A DNA stretch of 64,000 nt from Bacteroidales bacterium UBA5226 (GTDB lineage Bacteria; Bacteroidota; Bacteroidia; Bacteroidales; UBA932), in NCBI GenBank assembly GCA_002409325.1, contig DHUU01000001.1, forward strand, positions 33,101 to 97,100, in the 5' to 3' direction. The position numbers and the translations under genes are program-made. Below, piece by piece: positions 18,448 to 27,610 of this stretch. Positions within the stretch are counted from its first letter, which is position 1. Every line of letters starts with the position of its first letter. The notes under the pieces are model-generated. The model saw only the letters and a list, made by a program, of their open reading frames with translations. It ran no database searches and was not told the origin of the DNA.

Positions 18448-19868
18448 GTACGCAATCTATCTTTGTAAAGGTTGTTTGCATTGACCTTTTCCGGTTCAAG
18501 TGCCGCATCTGAATTACCTTCCCAGCGCCTGCAGTTGTACAAGACTTCGTATATGCGCCCGATCTGGTATTGCCTGGAAAAGCGCAGGCCGAGCCCGTAA
18601 TCTTCTCCGTAATTGGTGTTGGGCAGGAGGAGTGTACGCAGGACGGGAGCATAAAATGCCCGCGGGGCTCCCAGCCCGTTGATACGCAGGGCGTTGTTTC
18701 TGCCGTTATCAGGAGTCCATTCACGATGGTCGATAATGCCCGGAGGGAGAGTATTCAACTTGAAATCAGTCATCCTGTAGGTACCGATAATCATGCCGCA
18801 CTGTTGCTGGTAAAATGCTTCTACGATCCGACGCAGTGAATCCGGCCCGGAATATACATCGTCGCTGTCCAGCTGTACCAGGAACTTTCCGCATTTGGGA
18901 TGATGCAGGGCCGTGTTCCACAAGCCGCCCACAAACAAATCCTTTCTGTTGGGTGTGATGAGGATCAGACGCGGATCATCCCTGAATTTTTCAATTATTG
19001 ATACCGTCTTGTCTGTACTGTGGTGGTTCACAACGATTACATTGAACTTAAAGTCCGTTTCCTGTCCCAGGGCTGAACGGACTGCGTCTTCTATAGTCTT
19101 TTCACGGTTAAATACAGGGATCATGACCGAGGCTTCGTACTCAAAATCCTTCCTTCCCAGGTCTACCGGGCTAAACACCGGAGGGAGGTAGGCCCCTATG
19201 GCTTTTAGGTGCTCGGTACAGACTTTCTCCATATCTACCTGCACTTCACGGTTCTTTGGATCAACGTAATCAAAAAGTTTCTCCCCGGACTTACGGGTAT
19301 CTGTTTCCTCTTCTGTGTATAGAACTTCGTTTATGTGTACCAGAGAAGCCATCCTGCTGACAGTCAGCCTGAGATTATACATGCCGGCATACGGATAGTC
19401 ACCCGTTGTCTGAACAACGGCTTTTTTAAGATAAGATGTGTTATAACACAATACCGATCCAAAATTGAAATCATCCCGCAGTGCCCCCTCCTGGCATTGA
19501 ATGAGTGGCATTTTCCTGCGTTGCCCGCCAATTATCTGGTAATGATCTGCATACAACATTCCCGCACCGGTATCATCTCCCAGCTGGACAAAACGTTCCA
19601 GGGCAAAATAACCGGGAACCAGGGTTGTGTATTTGGTATAGATCAGTGTATAATCCGCCGTAGCGGCCTGGGCTATGCCGGCCACAGTGGCCGAAGAGGT
19701 CAGGTTGCTTACCTTAATGACTTGCAGCCCGGTATCTGAAAAGTCGGCATGCTTGTCTGCAGATAAAAGAAATATGCGGTTAATAATCTGCAGGGATTTC
19801 AGATGCGACAAGGTGGCTTTTACCTGGTAATGATCGATAGCAGGAATAAAGCAATCAATTCTTTTCAT
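18414..19868 (-). CDS. family 2 glycosyltransferase with ~245-aa N-terminal extension
   Basis: The GT-A start VMIPVFNREKTIEDAVRSAL lies at about residue 248 and a DSDD (DxD) motif lies downstream. The N-terminal half has no recognisable motif. Confidence 0.75.
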   Translation of the reverse strand: MKRIDCFIPAIDHYQVKATLSHLKSLQIINRIFLLSADKHADFSDTGLQVIKVSNLTSSATVAGIAQAATADYTLIYTKYTTLVPGYFALERFVQLGDDTGAGMLYADHYQIIGGQRRKMPLIQCQEGALRDDFNFGSVLCYNTSYLKKAVVQTTGDYPYAGMYNLRLTVSRMASLVHINEVLYTEEETDTRKSGEKLFDYVDPKNREVQVDMEKVCTEHLKAIGAYLPPVFSPVDLGRKDFEYEASVMIPVFNREKTIEDAVRSALGQETDFKFNVIVVNHHSTDKTVSIIEKFRDDPRLILITPNRKDLFVGGLWNTALHHPKCGKFLVQLDSDDVYSGPDSLRRIVEAFYQQQCGMIIGTYRMTDFKLNTLPPGIIDHREWTPDNGRNNALRINGLGAPRAFYAPVLRTLLLPNTNYGEDYGLGLRFSRQYQIGRIYEVLYNCRRWEGNSDAALEPEKVNANNLYKDRLRTWEIQARKQLK

Positions 19869-19899
19869 AAAAAAATGTCGGTTTTCTTTTTATTATAGG

Positions 19900-19907
19900 C
19901 AAAGGTA
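19900..19907 (-). promoter_or_regulatory. -7 box (TACCTTTG on minus strand) for the peptidoglycan-salvage operon
   Basis: The plus strand reads CAAAGGTA, 31 nt upstream of the GT2 ATG at 19868. Confidence 0.4.
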
Positions 19908-19919
19908 CAATCTTTTTAC

Positions 19920-19927
19920 TATTTTTG
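19920..19927 (+). promoter_or_regulatory. -7 box TATTTTTG for the TonB-receptor cluster
   Basis: Exact TAnnTTTG, 21 nt before the ATG at 19949. Confidence 0.45.
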
Positions 19928-19948
19928 CCGACTGTAACCAAAGTTATC

Positions 19949-20674
19949 ATGACCCGATCCTGTTCCTTGCCAGCAATCCTCTTTTTCCTTACTCTTCATC
20001 TGCTATTGAGTGAAATCCTGCCCGCCCAGGATCACACCGCAGTTAGCAGGTATTATGTGGAACAGAGCGGTGGCTATTCACCCCTTTACAACGGGATAAT
20101 ACCGCCTATGTATAGCATGTTCTACGAAGGTACCTATTACCTTGTTTCAGATGCATATTACCCGGGGACCGTCCTGTATAACGGGAAATTGTACGTTGAT
20201 ATGCAACTCAACCTGAACGTGCATAGGGATGAATTGTACGTAATGATACCGGAATTCAATTCCAGCTCTGTTCTCTTGAAGGCCCATGTAGAATCGTTCA
20301 CTATGGGCGACATGCATTTTGTCAATATCGTGAAGGAAAAATGGCCTAATGCTCCGGAACAGGGATATTACCGTGTCCTGTATTCGGGAAACGATATAAG
20401 TGTCCTGAAAAGGACCGTCAAGAGAATGAACAGTGCGACAGCAGCCAATGACAGAAAGGTGTCTTACGTTTTTGAAGAGAGTACTTCTTATTACATCCTC
20501 AGAAACGGTTATTTTCACCCGGTTAACCGTAAATCTTCGGTTTTACAGGTTTTACCCGAACTGCGCAAGGAATTGAATCGCCATATAAGAGATGAAAAGC
20601 TCAAATTCGGAAAAGACCAGCGGGAAGCCTCTTTAGTGTCGTGTGCGATGCTATATCAAAAGGAGGCAAAATGA
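19949..20674 (+). CDS. hypothetical exported protein
   Basis: The ATG at 19949 follows a TATTTTTG box. Signal peptide present. The stop overlaps the next ATG (ATGA 20671-20674). Confidence 0.55.
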   Translation: MTRSCSLPAILFFLTLHLLLSEILPAQDHTAVSRYYVEQSGGYSPLYNGIIPPMYSMFYEGTYYLVSDAYYPGTVLYNGKLYVDMQLNLNVHRDELYVMIPEFNSSSVLLKAHVESFTMGDMHFVNIVKEKWPNAPEQGYYRVLYSGNDISVLKRTVKRMNSATAANDRKVSYVFEESTSYYILRNGYFHPVNRKSSVLQVLPELRKELNRHIRDEKLKFGKDQREASLVSCAMLYQKEAK

Positions 20675-23433
20675 AAAGACGCTTATACTCCCTCCGGCAT
20701 ATACTCCTGCTGTCTATTTCATTGTCAGTCATTGGTGTGGCCTATGCTCAGGAATCTTACAACCTGCGTTATGTTACCCTGGATTCCATAGTAAGGACAC
20801 TGGAACATCGTACTCCTGACCGTTTCTATTATGCACCTGAACAAACAGATACCTTATTAATCACCCTGCAGGCTGAAACAGGAAATGTGTTGGAAACGCT
20901 TGGCAGGGAATTGAAAAAAAGTGGTTTTTCACTTTACCGCGTGCAACAACACCGGTGGGCCATTCTCAGGGGAACCCCCGTAAGTGGAATACACGAAGGT
21001 TTTTATTCCGATTCCATGGAAAACGGGAAACACAACCAGGAAGAATTATCACAGATTTCAGATAACGGGAAACAGGCTGCAGATTCCGAAAACCGCCTTT
21101 ATACACTGGGAGATCCACAATTTTCCGGTCTTGAAGGAAGTGTCCGCCTTACCGGGTATATACATGACCACCTGAGCGGAGAACCCGTTTCGGGGGTAAC
21201 CGTTATGACTGAGGACAAGAAATATTACGCCATGTCCGATTCCTACGGATTTTACTCCCTTTCTATGCCCAGAGGATACAACACGCTCATCATTCAGGGT
21301 TTTGGCTACAAGGATTCGCGTCGTTACCTCCGGATATTTTCCGACAGTGCTCTGGATTTGAACATAGCAGAAGAGGTTTTTTCTTTGCAGGGTATTGTTG
21401 TCTCGGCAGAAAAAATGGAAAATGTACGAAATGTGCGCCTGGGCCTTGAACGTGTCAGGGCAGACAGAATCCGCCATATTCCAATGGCTTTCGGAGAAGC
21501 AGACGTGATCAGGGCGGTGCTGACACTGCCAGGTGTCAAATCGGTGGGTGAAGCGGCCGGGGGGTTTAATGTCAGGGGCGGCGCAACAGACCAGAACCTG
21601 ATCCTGTACAACCAGGGGACCATATATAATTCATCCCACCTTTTCGGGCTGTTTTCGCTCTTCAATAACGATGTGATCAGCAGCCTGGAATTGTACAAAA
21701 GCTCAATTCCTGCAAAGTACGGCGGCCGGATCTCTTCTGTCCTGGAAGTTAATTCAAGGGAAGGCAATAAAAACCGCTTTACCGGATCGGCAGGTATCGG
21801 ACTGCTTACCACAAAACTCACACTGGAAGGGCCCATAATTAAAGACAGAACATCAGTTTTGATTGCCGGACGCACAACGTATTCAAACTGGCTCATGAAG
21901 CTCATTCCAAAGGAAAGCGGGTACAATAACGGTTCGGCCAATTTCTATGACCTGAACGCCGGAATATCGCACCGTTTCAATCAGAACAACCACCTGTTTG
22001 TGAACGGTTATTTCTCCCGGGACAGGTTTTCTTTTGATCCCAATGTCTCCTACCGCTACCAGAACATCAACGGTTCTGTCCGTTACCGCAGCGTCCTTAC
22101 AGACCGTACCGATATGGTCCTGACCCTGGCCTATGATAAATACAATTACCATATGCAGGATACCACTAATACAGCCATGGGTTATGACATGTCGTTTTCT
22201 TTACAGCAGGTAAGCCTTAAAGCCGATTTTTCCACCCGTCTGAACGGGAAACACAAACTGGATTATGGACTCAATGCCTTTTATTACATCCTGGATCCGG
22301 GTACCTATGTTCCGTTTGACCATAGATCCCTTGTTTCTGCGGACATCCTGCAAAGAGAACAGGCCTTTGAAACAGCCCTCTATCTGAGCGATACCTGGGA
22401 AATCACACCGGAACTGTCTGTGGAAATGGGGTTCCGGTACGGCTTATACTCTGCCCTAGGCCCCAACCGTCATTACCTGTACCATCCCGATAAGCCCAGG
22501 TCGGTGGAAACCACCATAGATAGTGTTTCTGTAGGAGCTGGTAAAATGATCGCCCCCTATCATGCTCCTGAATTCAGGGTTTCTATGCGCTATGCCTTTA
22601 CCAGCGATTTTTCGGTCAAGGCCGGATTCAACAGCATGCGACAGAATATCCACATGTTATCCAACACAACGGTCATATCCCCCACCGACATATGGAAATT
22701 ATCCGATGCCAATATCCGGCCCCAGAAAGGCTGGCAAACAGCCCTTGGTTTTTATAAAAACCTTATGAACAACACCCTGGAGCTTTCTGTAGAAGGATAC
22801 TACAAACATATGGACCGTTATCTGGATTACGCTTCCTTTGCCCGCCTGCTGATGAACCACCGTATTGAAACCGATGTCATAGAAACACGCGGAAGGGCAT
22901 ATGGCGTGGAGGTGATGCTTAAACGATCCCTGGGAAGGCTCAACGGCTGGCTATCCTATACCTATTCCCGTACAGAACTCAGACAGGATGATCCCAGGGT
23001 GGCGGAACCTGTAAACAAGGGGAACTGGTACCCGGCACCCTACGACAAGCCACATGATCTGAAACTGGTCGGAAATTTTAAATTTACACACCGTTTCAGT
23101 TTCTCCATGAACATGGACTATAGTACGGGAAGGCCTATGACCATGCCCGTTGGCACTTATTACTATGCCGGAGGCTGGCGGCTGTTGTACGGTGACCGGA
23201 ACGCCCACCGCATTCCGGATTATTTCCGGTTGGATATATCGTTCAACATAGAGCCGTCCCATAAACTTACCCTGCTCACCCACAGTTCCGTTACTATTGG
23301 TGTGTATAATGTGACGGGGAGAAAGAATCCCTATTCTGTATTCTTCCAGACAGAAGGCAACACGGTTAATTCCTATATGCTTTCCATTTTCGGATGTCCG
23401 ATTCCCTACATAACATACAACATAAGGTTCTAA
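20671..23433 (+). CDS. TonB-dependent receptor with N-terminal STN-like and CarboxypepD_reg-like domains
   Basis: Signal peptide. CarboxypepD_reg-like segment VRLTGYIHDHLSGEPVSGVTVM...GFYSL, then a Plug region (FGEADVIRAVLTLPGV). Terminal aromatic residue (…YNIRF) typical of OM barrels. Confidence 0.85.
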   Translation: MKRRLYSLRHILLLSISLSVIGVAYAQESYNLRYVTLDSIVRTLEHRTPDRFYYAPEQTDTLLITLQAETGNVLETLGRELKKSGFSLYRVQQHRWAILRGTPVSGIHEGFYSDSMENGKHNQEELSQISDNGKQAADSENRLYTLGDPQFSGLEGSVRLTGYIHDHLSGEPVSGVTVMTEDKKYYAMSDSYGFYSLSMPRGYNTLIIQGFGYKDSRRYLRIFSDSALDLNIAEEVFSLQGIVVSAEKMENVRNVRLGLERVRADRIRHIPMAFGEADVIRAVLTLPGVKSVGEAAGGFNVRGGATDQNLILYNQGTIYNSSHLFGLFSLFNNDVISSLELYKSSIPAKYGGRISSVLEVNSREGNKNRFTGSAGIGLLTTKLTLEGPIIKDRTSVLIAGRTTYSNWLMKLIPKESGYNNGSANFYDLNAGISHRFNQNNHLFVNGYFSRDRFSFDPNVSYRYQNINGSVRYRSVLTDRTDMVLTLAYDKYNYHMQDTTNTAMGYDMSFSLQQVSLKADFSTRLNGKHKLDYGLNAFYYILDPGTYVPFDHRSLVSADILQREQAFETALYLSDTWEITPELSVEMGFRYGLYSALGPNRHYLYHPDKPRSVETTIDSVSVGAGKMIAPYHAPEFRVSMRYAFTSDFSVKAGFNSMRQNIHMLSNTTVISPTDIWKLSDANIRPQKGWQTALGFYKNLMNNTLELSVEGYYKHMDRYLDYASFARLLMNHRIETDVIETRGRAYGVEVMLKRSLGRLNGWLSYTYSRTELRQDDPRVAEPVNKGNWYPAPYDKPHDLKLVGNFKFTHRFSFSMNMDYSTGRPMTMPVGTYYYAGGWRLLYGDRNAHRIPDYFRLDISFNIEPSHKLTLLTHSSVTIGVYNVTGRKNPYSVFFQTEGNTVNSYMLSIFGCPIPYITYNIRF

Positions 23434-24620
23434 TGTCTATGCCTATGAAATACCTATGGAAGCTTTTGGGAATCGTATTTCCCGCACTGATATGGGTGTC
23501 CTGTATTGTTCCATACGAGCCGGAAGAACTAGTAAACCTGGATGATATCATAGTGGTGGAAGGGAACATTTCACTGACCGGTCCCTTTAGTATCCGAATA
23601 ACAAGGAGCACACCCATCAGCTCCTACCAGTACGGGCATAAAACCATTAATATAGAACGCAACGCAAACGTTTTCGTTCGCAACAGACAGGGAAAGAAAT
23701 ACAGCCCCAACTCGGTTACTGCCCAGGGCGAGTACCTCTTTGACTTTTCCCCGGAGAACCCAAACCAGGAGGAAGAATACCAGTTGGTTATAGAGTCACA
23801 GGACGGGCGCTCCTATGAGACAGATTTCCGCAAATCCCGTCATAGCAGCGACATGGAACTGAATTATAAGATTGATACGGTAGCGGAAAAAATCAGCATC
23901 TATGTAAGCTCCCATGACCAGGCCGGATTGTCCAGGTATTACTATTGGCAGTACTCTGAAACCTGGGATTATGTCTCTCAGAGGCCCGCCTATTGTTATT
24001 TTGACGTTTCCTCTGTCAAGGAAACTAATAATTTTAAACCCTGGATGTATCGCTGTTGGAACAGCCGCGCATCTTCCGAAATCCTACTGGTTGAGACATC
24101 ATCGCTTGTCCAGGACAGGATCAAAGATCTGGAGATCCATTCGATCAATTTCCGTGACATCCGCATTACCCAGCATTACAGTATTGATGTAATCCAGACG
24201 GTGCTGGACAACGATGCCTACCTGTATATGGAAAATATGCGAAAGAATTCGTACGATATCGGGGATATTTTTTCTCCCCAGCCTAATGAGATCAGCGGTA
24301 ACATCCGTTGCGTTACCGACCCTTCTGTCCGTGCCATTGGATTTGTATCTGTGTGTAATTCTGTTAGGAAAATGCTGTTTATCAACTGCGTAGGACTACC
24401 CGGCTATATCCGGGAACCCATGCCTCCGGACACCATAGTCCCTTTAGATGCCAAGGTGGGCTTTATGCTGTCTCTAATCCAGCAGGGGTATTCCCCCCAT
24501 ACGATAGACCCTCTGGCTAAAGTCAGCTACTGGAACCTTACAAGATGCATAGATTGCCGGAACAAAGGCGGAAAGCCGGTGGTTCCCCCCTTCTGGCCGG
24601 TTGAATGGCCATGGTTTTGA
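23433..24620 (+). CDS. DUF4249-like lipoprotein
   Basis: TAATG overlap with the receptor stop. Lipobox WVSC. The position immediately after a CarboxypepD_reg TonB receptor is the usual DUF4249 context. Confidence 0.6.
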   Translation: MSMPMKYLWKLLGIVFPALIWVSCIVPYEPEELVNLDDIIVVEGNISLTGPFSIRITRSTPISSYQYGHKTINIERNANVFVRNRQGKKYSPNSVTAQGEYLFDFSPENPNQEEEYQLVIESQDGRSYETDFRKSRHSSDMELNYKIDTVAEKISIYVSSHDQAGLSRYYYWQYSETWDYVSQRPAYCYFDVSSVKETNNFKPWMYRCWNSRASSEILLVETSSLVQDRIKDLEIHSINFRDIRITQHYSIDVIQTVLDNDAYLYMENMRKNSYDIGDIFSPQPNEISGNIRCVTDPSVRAIGFVSVCNSVRKMLFINCVGLPGYIREPMPPDTIVPLDAKVGFMLSLIQQGYSPHTIDPLAKVSYWNLTRCIDCRNKGGKPVVPPFWPVEWPWF

Positions 24621-24631
24621 AAGTTGAAATT

Positions 24632-26320
24632 ATGAAACGGATCCTGACAGTACTTATACTATCTGCAACTTCCCTGTTGCTCCGTGCGCAAAGTCAAATG
24701 CTGCATGAACGGCTGTACCTGAGTACAGACAAGGAGTGTTATATTGCAGGCGAACCTATGTGGATTTCTGCCTTTTGCTACGACGCCGTATCAGGAAAAC
24801 CATCTCCTGTGAGCGCCGTGGCTTATATAGAACTTCAGAACCTTTCGGGCTCAGTGGTACAGGCTAAGATAGCCCTAACTGACGGCCGGGGCAGCGGGTT
24901 GATTGACCTGCCCGTATCCCTTCCTACAGGAAACTACCGTCTGATAGCCTATACCCGTTACATGTATTCAGAAAGTGAACATAATGTGTTTAAACGGATC
25001 ATAACAATCTACAACCCGCTGACATCACTGCGTTCCGATAATGTAAAAGTTGCTTCGGGCGCAGAACCGACCCGTTTCCCTGAGACACAACCCGAAAGCA
25101 CAAGGGAACTTAACGTGTTGACCAACAGCAAAGTGTACCAGTCCGGAGAACAGGTCAGGATAACGCTCAGCCATTCCCTGCCCGGTGGAGTGTCGCTGTC
25201 TGTCTCGGTTTTCAGAAAAGACAATTTAAACCATTTCTGCAATCCCTCCATATCGGCGTTTGTAGACAGCACACGGAATCAGTCTTTTACTCCTTTCCCT
25301 TTATGGAGGGTTGATTATCCGGGAGAAGTCATCCGCGGACATGTAGTGGACGAAAATAACAATCCGGTTGCCTCCTCAAGGGGTTTTGGATCGTATATTT
25401 CCATTGCAGGGAATCAGATACAATATTTCACAGGGGAGTTAATGGATAACGGCAGTGTACGTTTTTTTACTTCCAACCTCTACGGGGACGGTACCCTGAT
25501 AAGCTATATACCATCGCTCAACGACAGAAAGTATCACCTGGTGCTGGATTCTGTGTACATGAATCCCAGGGTTAACGAGCTCCCGGAACTTATCCTTGAT
25601 ATAACACAACAGCATGTTTTAGAAGAAAGAAGCCTGAGTGTTCAGTTGTCTCAGGCCTTCGGTCTGGATACTCTGTTCAGGGAAGAAAAAACCGAAACAA
25701 ACCTGTTGTTTGAAAACTCGGGGATTGTTTACAAACTGGACGAGTATACGCGCTTCCCGACCATGGGAGAAGTAATTGTAGAATTCATAAGAGAAGCCCG
25801 TTTCCGGACGGTCGGCGGCTCCCGCGTGCTCCAGCTGCGCCTGAGAGATGCCGGCGGAACAGTTTATTATGTGGACGATCCAACCCCGCCCCTGGTACTT
25901 CTGGACGGCATCCCGGTCCGGGACCATGAAAAAATATACGCCTACGATCCGGCCCTGGTCAGGGAGATTATAGTTTATCCGGACAAATATGCCTTCGGAC
26001 CCATATACTACAACGGGATACTATTTCTGAAAACTTACCGCGGCGACTTTCCTGACATGAAGCTGGAGGAGTCTATGCGGATTCATGAATTCCAGGGTGT
26101 CCAGAATTCCCATTCTTTCGGGACTGTACCCGGTGACAGCCGCCTGCCCGATCTGCGCCATACCCTGTACTGGAATCCCCGGGTTGATCTTAAAGATACT
26201 GACCCGGTCACATTCAGGACAACAGCATCGCAAACAAAAGGAACTTTTGTGGTGGTAGCCGAGGGAATGAACCGGGAGGGAAAATCTTTCAGGAATTCGA
26301 CAGAGTTTACAGTAAAATAA
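24632..26320 (+). CDS. hypothetical exported protein (562 aa)
   Basis: Signal peptide MKRILTVLILSATSLLLRAQ. The N-terminal ECYIAGEPMW...GNYRLIAYT segment is reminiscent of MG2/alpha-2-macroglobulin-type beta-sandwiches (weak). Confidence 0.6.
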   Translation: MKRILTVLILSATSLLLRAQSQMLHERLYLSTDKECYIAGEPMWISAFCYDAVSGKPSPVSAVAYIELQNLSGSVVQAKIALTDGRGSGLIDLPVSLPTGNYRLIAYTRYMYSESEHNVFKRIITIYNPLTSLRSDNVKVASGAEPTRFPETQPESTRELNVLTNSKVYQSGEQVRITLSHSLPGGVSLSVSVFRKDNLNHFCNPSISAFVDSTRNQSFTPFPLWRVDYPGEVIRGHVVDENNNPVASSRGFGSYISIAGNQIQYFTGELMDNGSVRFFTSNLYGDGTLISYIPSLNDRKYHLVLDSVYMNPRVNELPELILDITQQHVLEERSLSVQLSQAFGLDTLFREEKTETNLLFENSGIVYKLDEYTRFPTMGEVIVEFIREARFRTVGGSRVLQLRLRDAGGTVYYVDDPTPPLVLLDGIPVRDHEKIYAYDPALVREIIVYPDKYAFGPIYYNGILFLKTYRGDFPDMKLEESMRIHEFQGVQNSHSFGTVPGDSRLPDLRHTLYWNPRVDLKDTDPVTFRTTASQTKGTFVVVAEGMNREGKSFRNSTEFTVK

Positions 26321-26326
26321 TTTTTT

Positions 26327-27610
26327 TCAACGTCCGGTGACCTGCAGGTAAATGCTTTTAGCCACCTGATAATCCCTTATGGCATCAATCCTTTTATCCT
26401 GACTTTCCTGCAGAAAACCCCGGGCGGCAAGCAATTCGGTAAGGCTAACAGTCCCGGCCCTGTAATATGTTTCGTTTAGACGGGCATTTTCCTGCGATTC
26501 CTCAACAGTAAGTTCTGCCAGCAGGTATTTCTGGTAAGCTTCCACAAATGAACCCCAGGCCTGGCGGATCTGCATAAGCAATTGTTGATGCCCGTCTTCC
26601 CGGCGTATCTGCGCTTTTGATTCTTCAAGCTTCTTCTGGCGGATGGCGTAAGAACCCCTGCCCCAATCTGATATGGGAATACGAACGGCAGCCATGACGG
26701 CTCCGTTCCAATTGTTTTTATCTAAAAGATTTTCGTAATAATAAAACGCACCTACACCTACCTGGGGCATATAGGAAGCGGTTTCAATCTTTTTTTCCAG
26801 TGATGCCGCACGCACGCCCATTTCAAGGAGTTTGTATTCTGTTCTGAGAGAAAGCACGGCAGCAGGCTCAAGAAAGTACTGTATGGGATCGTCTACCAGA
26901 ATATCCTGAGCAGGGGCGATCACAAAATGATCCACCGAATCTACGGGAAAACCCATCTGACGGGCCAGGGCCATGGTTGCCAGGTATATTCCGTTCTCAA
27001 GTTCCACATTTTTTGTGCTCAGGGTATGCTGTTGCAATTTAACCTTCAGCACTTCGTTTTGTCCCAGGACACCTGCATTTACAGCCTGATGTACGTCTTT
27101 GTACAGGGAATCCAGCACCTGCTGCATCAGGGCAACGGTTTTTCTTTTTTCATACAATGAATACAAAAGCCAGTAATATTCATCTGTCTTTGCCAGTACT
27201 TCATCTTTTTTCTGTGCAGTAAACAGTTCACTGGCACGAACACCGGTATCGGCAAGTTTTGTAGAATAAAAAATCTTTCCCCCCATAAAAACAGGCTGTA
27301 CAGCCATAGCACTCACCATTACCCCGTCTTTGAGAAGCGACATGCTGCCCAGCATGCCCAGGTCAAGCGATATCACAGGATTGCTTGCCTTAAATCCCAT
27401 TCCGAAGGCAGATATGTTGGGGAAAAAGTACGTCATGGCCTGTTTCTTCATCAGAAGGGATATTTGTTCGCCGATCTTCATCTCCTGCAGCTGAGCATTC
27501 TTTTCAATGGCCATTTGCCTGCAGTCTTCAAGGGTATAAGGCTGGGCGGCCAGATGCTGAAATATGGCAGGAAAACAGAGAGTAATTATCAGGAAAATGG
27601 TCTTCCTCAT
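26327..27610 (-). CDS. TolC-family outer-membrane efflux protein
   Basis: 427 aa with a signal peptide and two-repeat coiled architecture. It is the last gene of the RND operon. Confidence 0.85.
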   Translation of the reverse strand: MRKTIFLIITLCFPAIFQHLAAQPYTLEDCRQMAIEKNAQLQEMKIGEQISLLMKKQAMTYFFPNISAFGMGFKASNPVISLDLGMLGSMSLLKDGVMVSAMAVQPVFMGGKIFYSTKLADTGVRASELFTAQKKDEVLAKTDEYYWLLYSLYEKRKTVALMQQVLDSLYKDVHQAVNAGVLGQNEVLKVKLQQHTLSTKNVELENGIYLATMALARQMGFPVDSVDHFVIAPAQDILVDDPIQYFLEPAAVLSLRTEYKLLEMGVRAASLEKKIETASYMPQVGVGAFYYYENLLDKNNWNGAVMAAVRIPISDWGRGSYAIRQKKLEESKAQIRREDGHQQLLMQIRQAWGSFVEAYQKYLLAELTVEESQENARLNETYYRAGTVSLTELLAARGFLQESQDKRIDAIRDYQVAKSIYLQVTGR

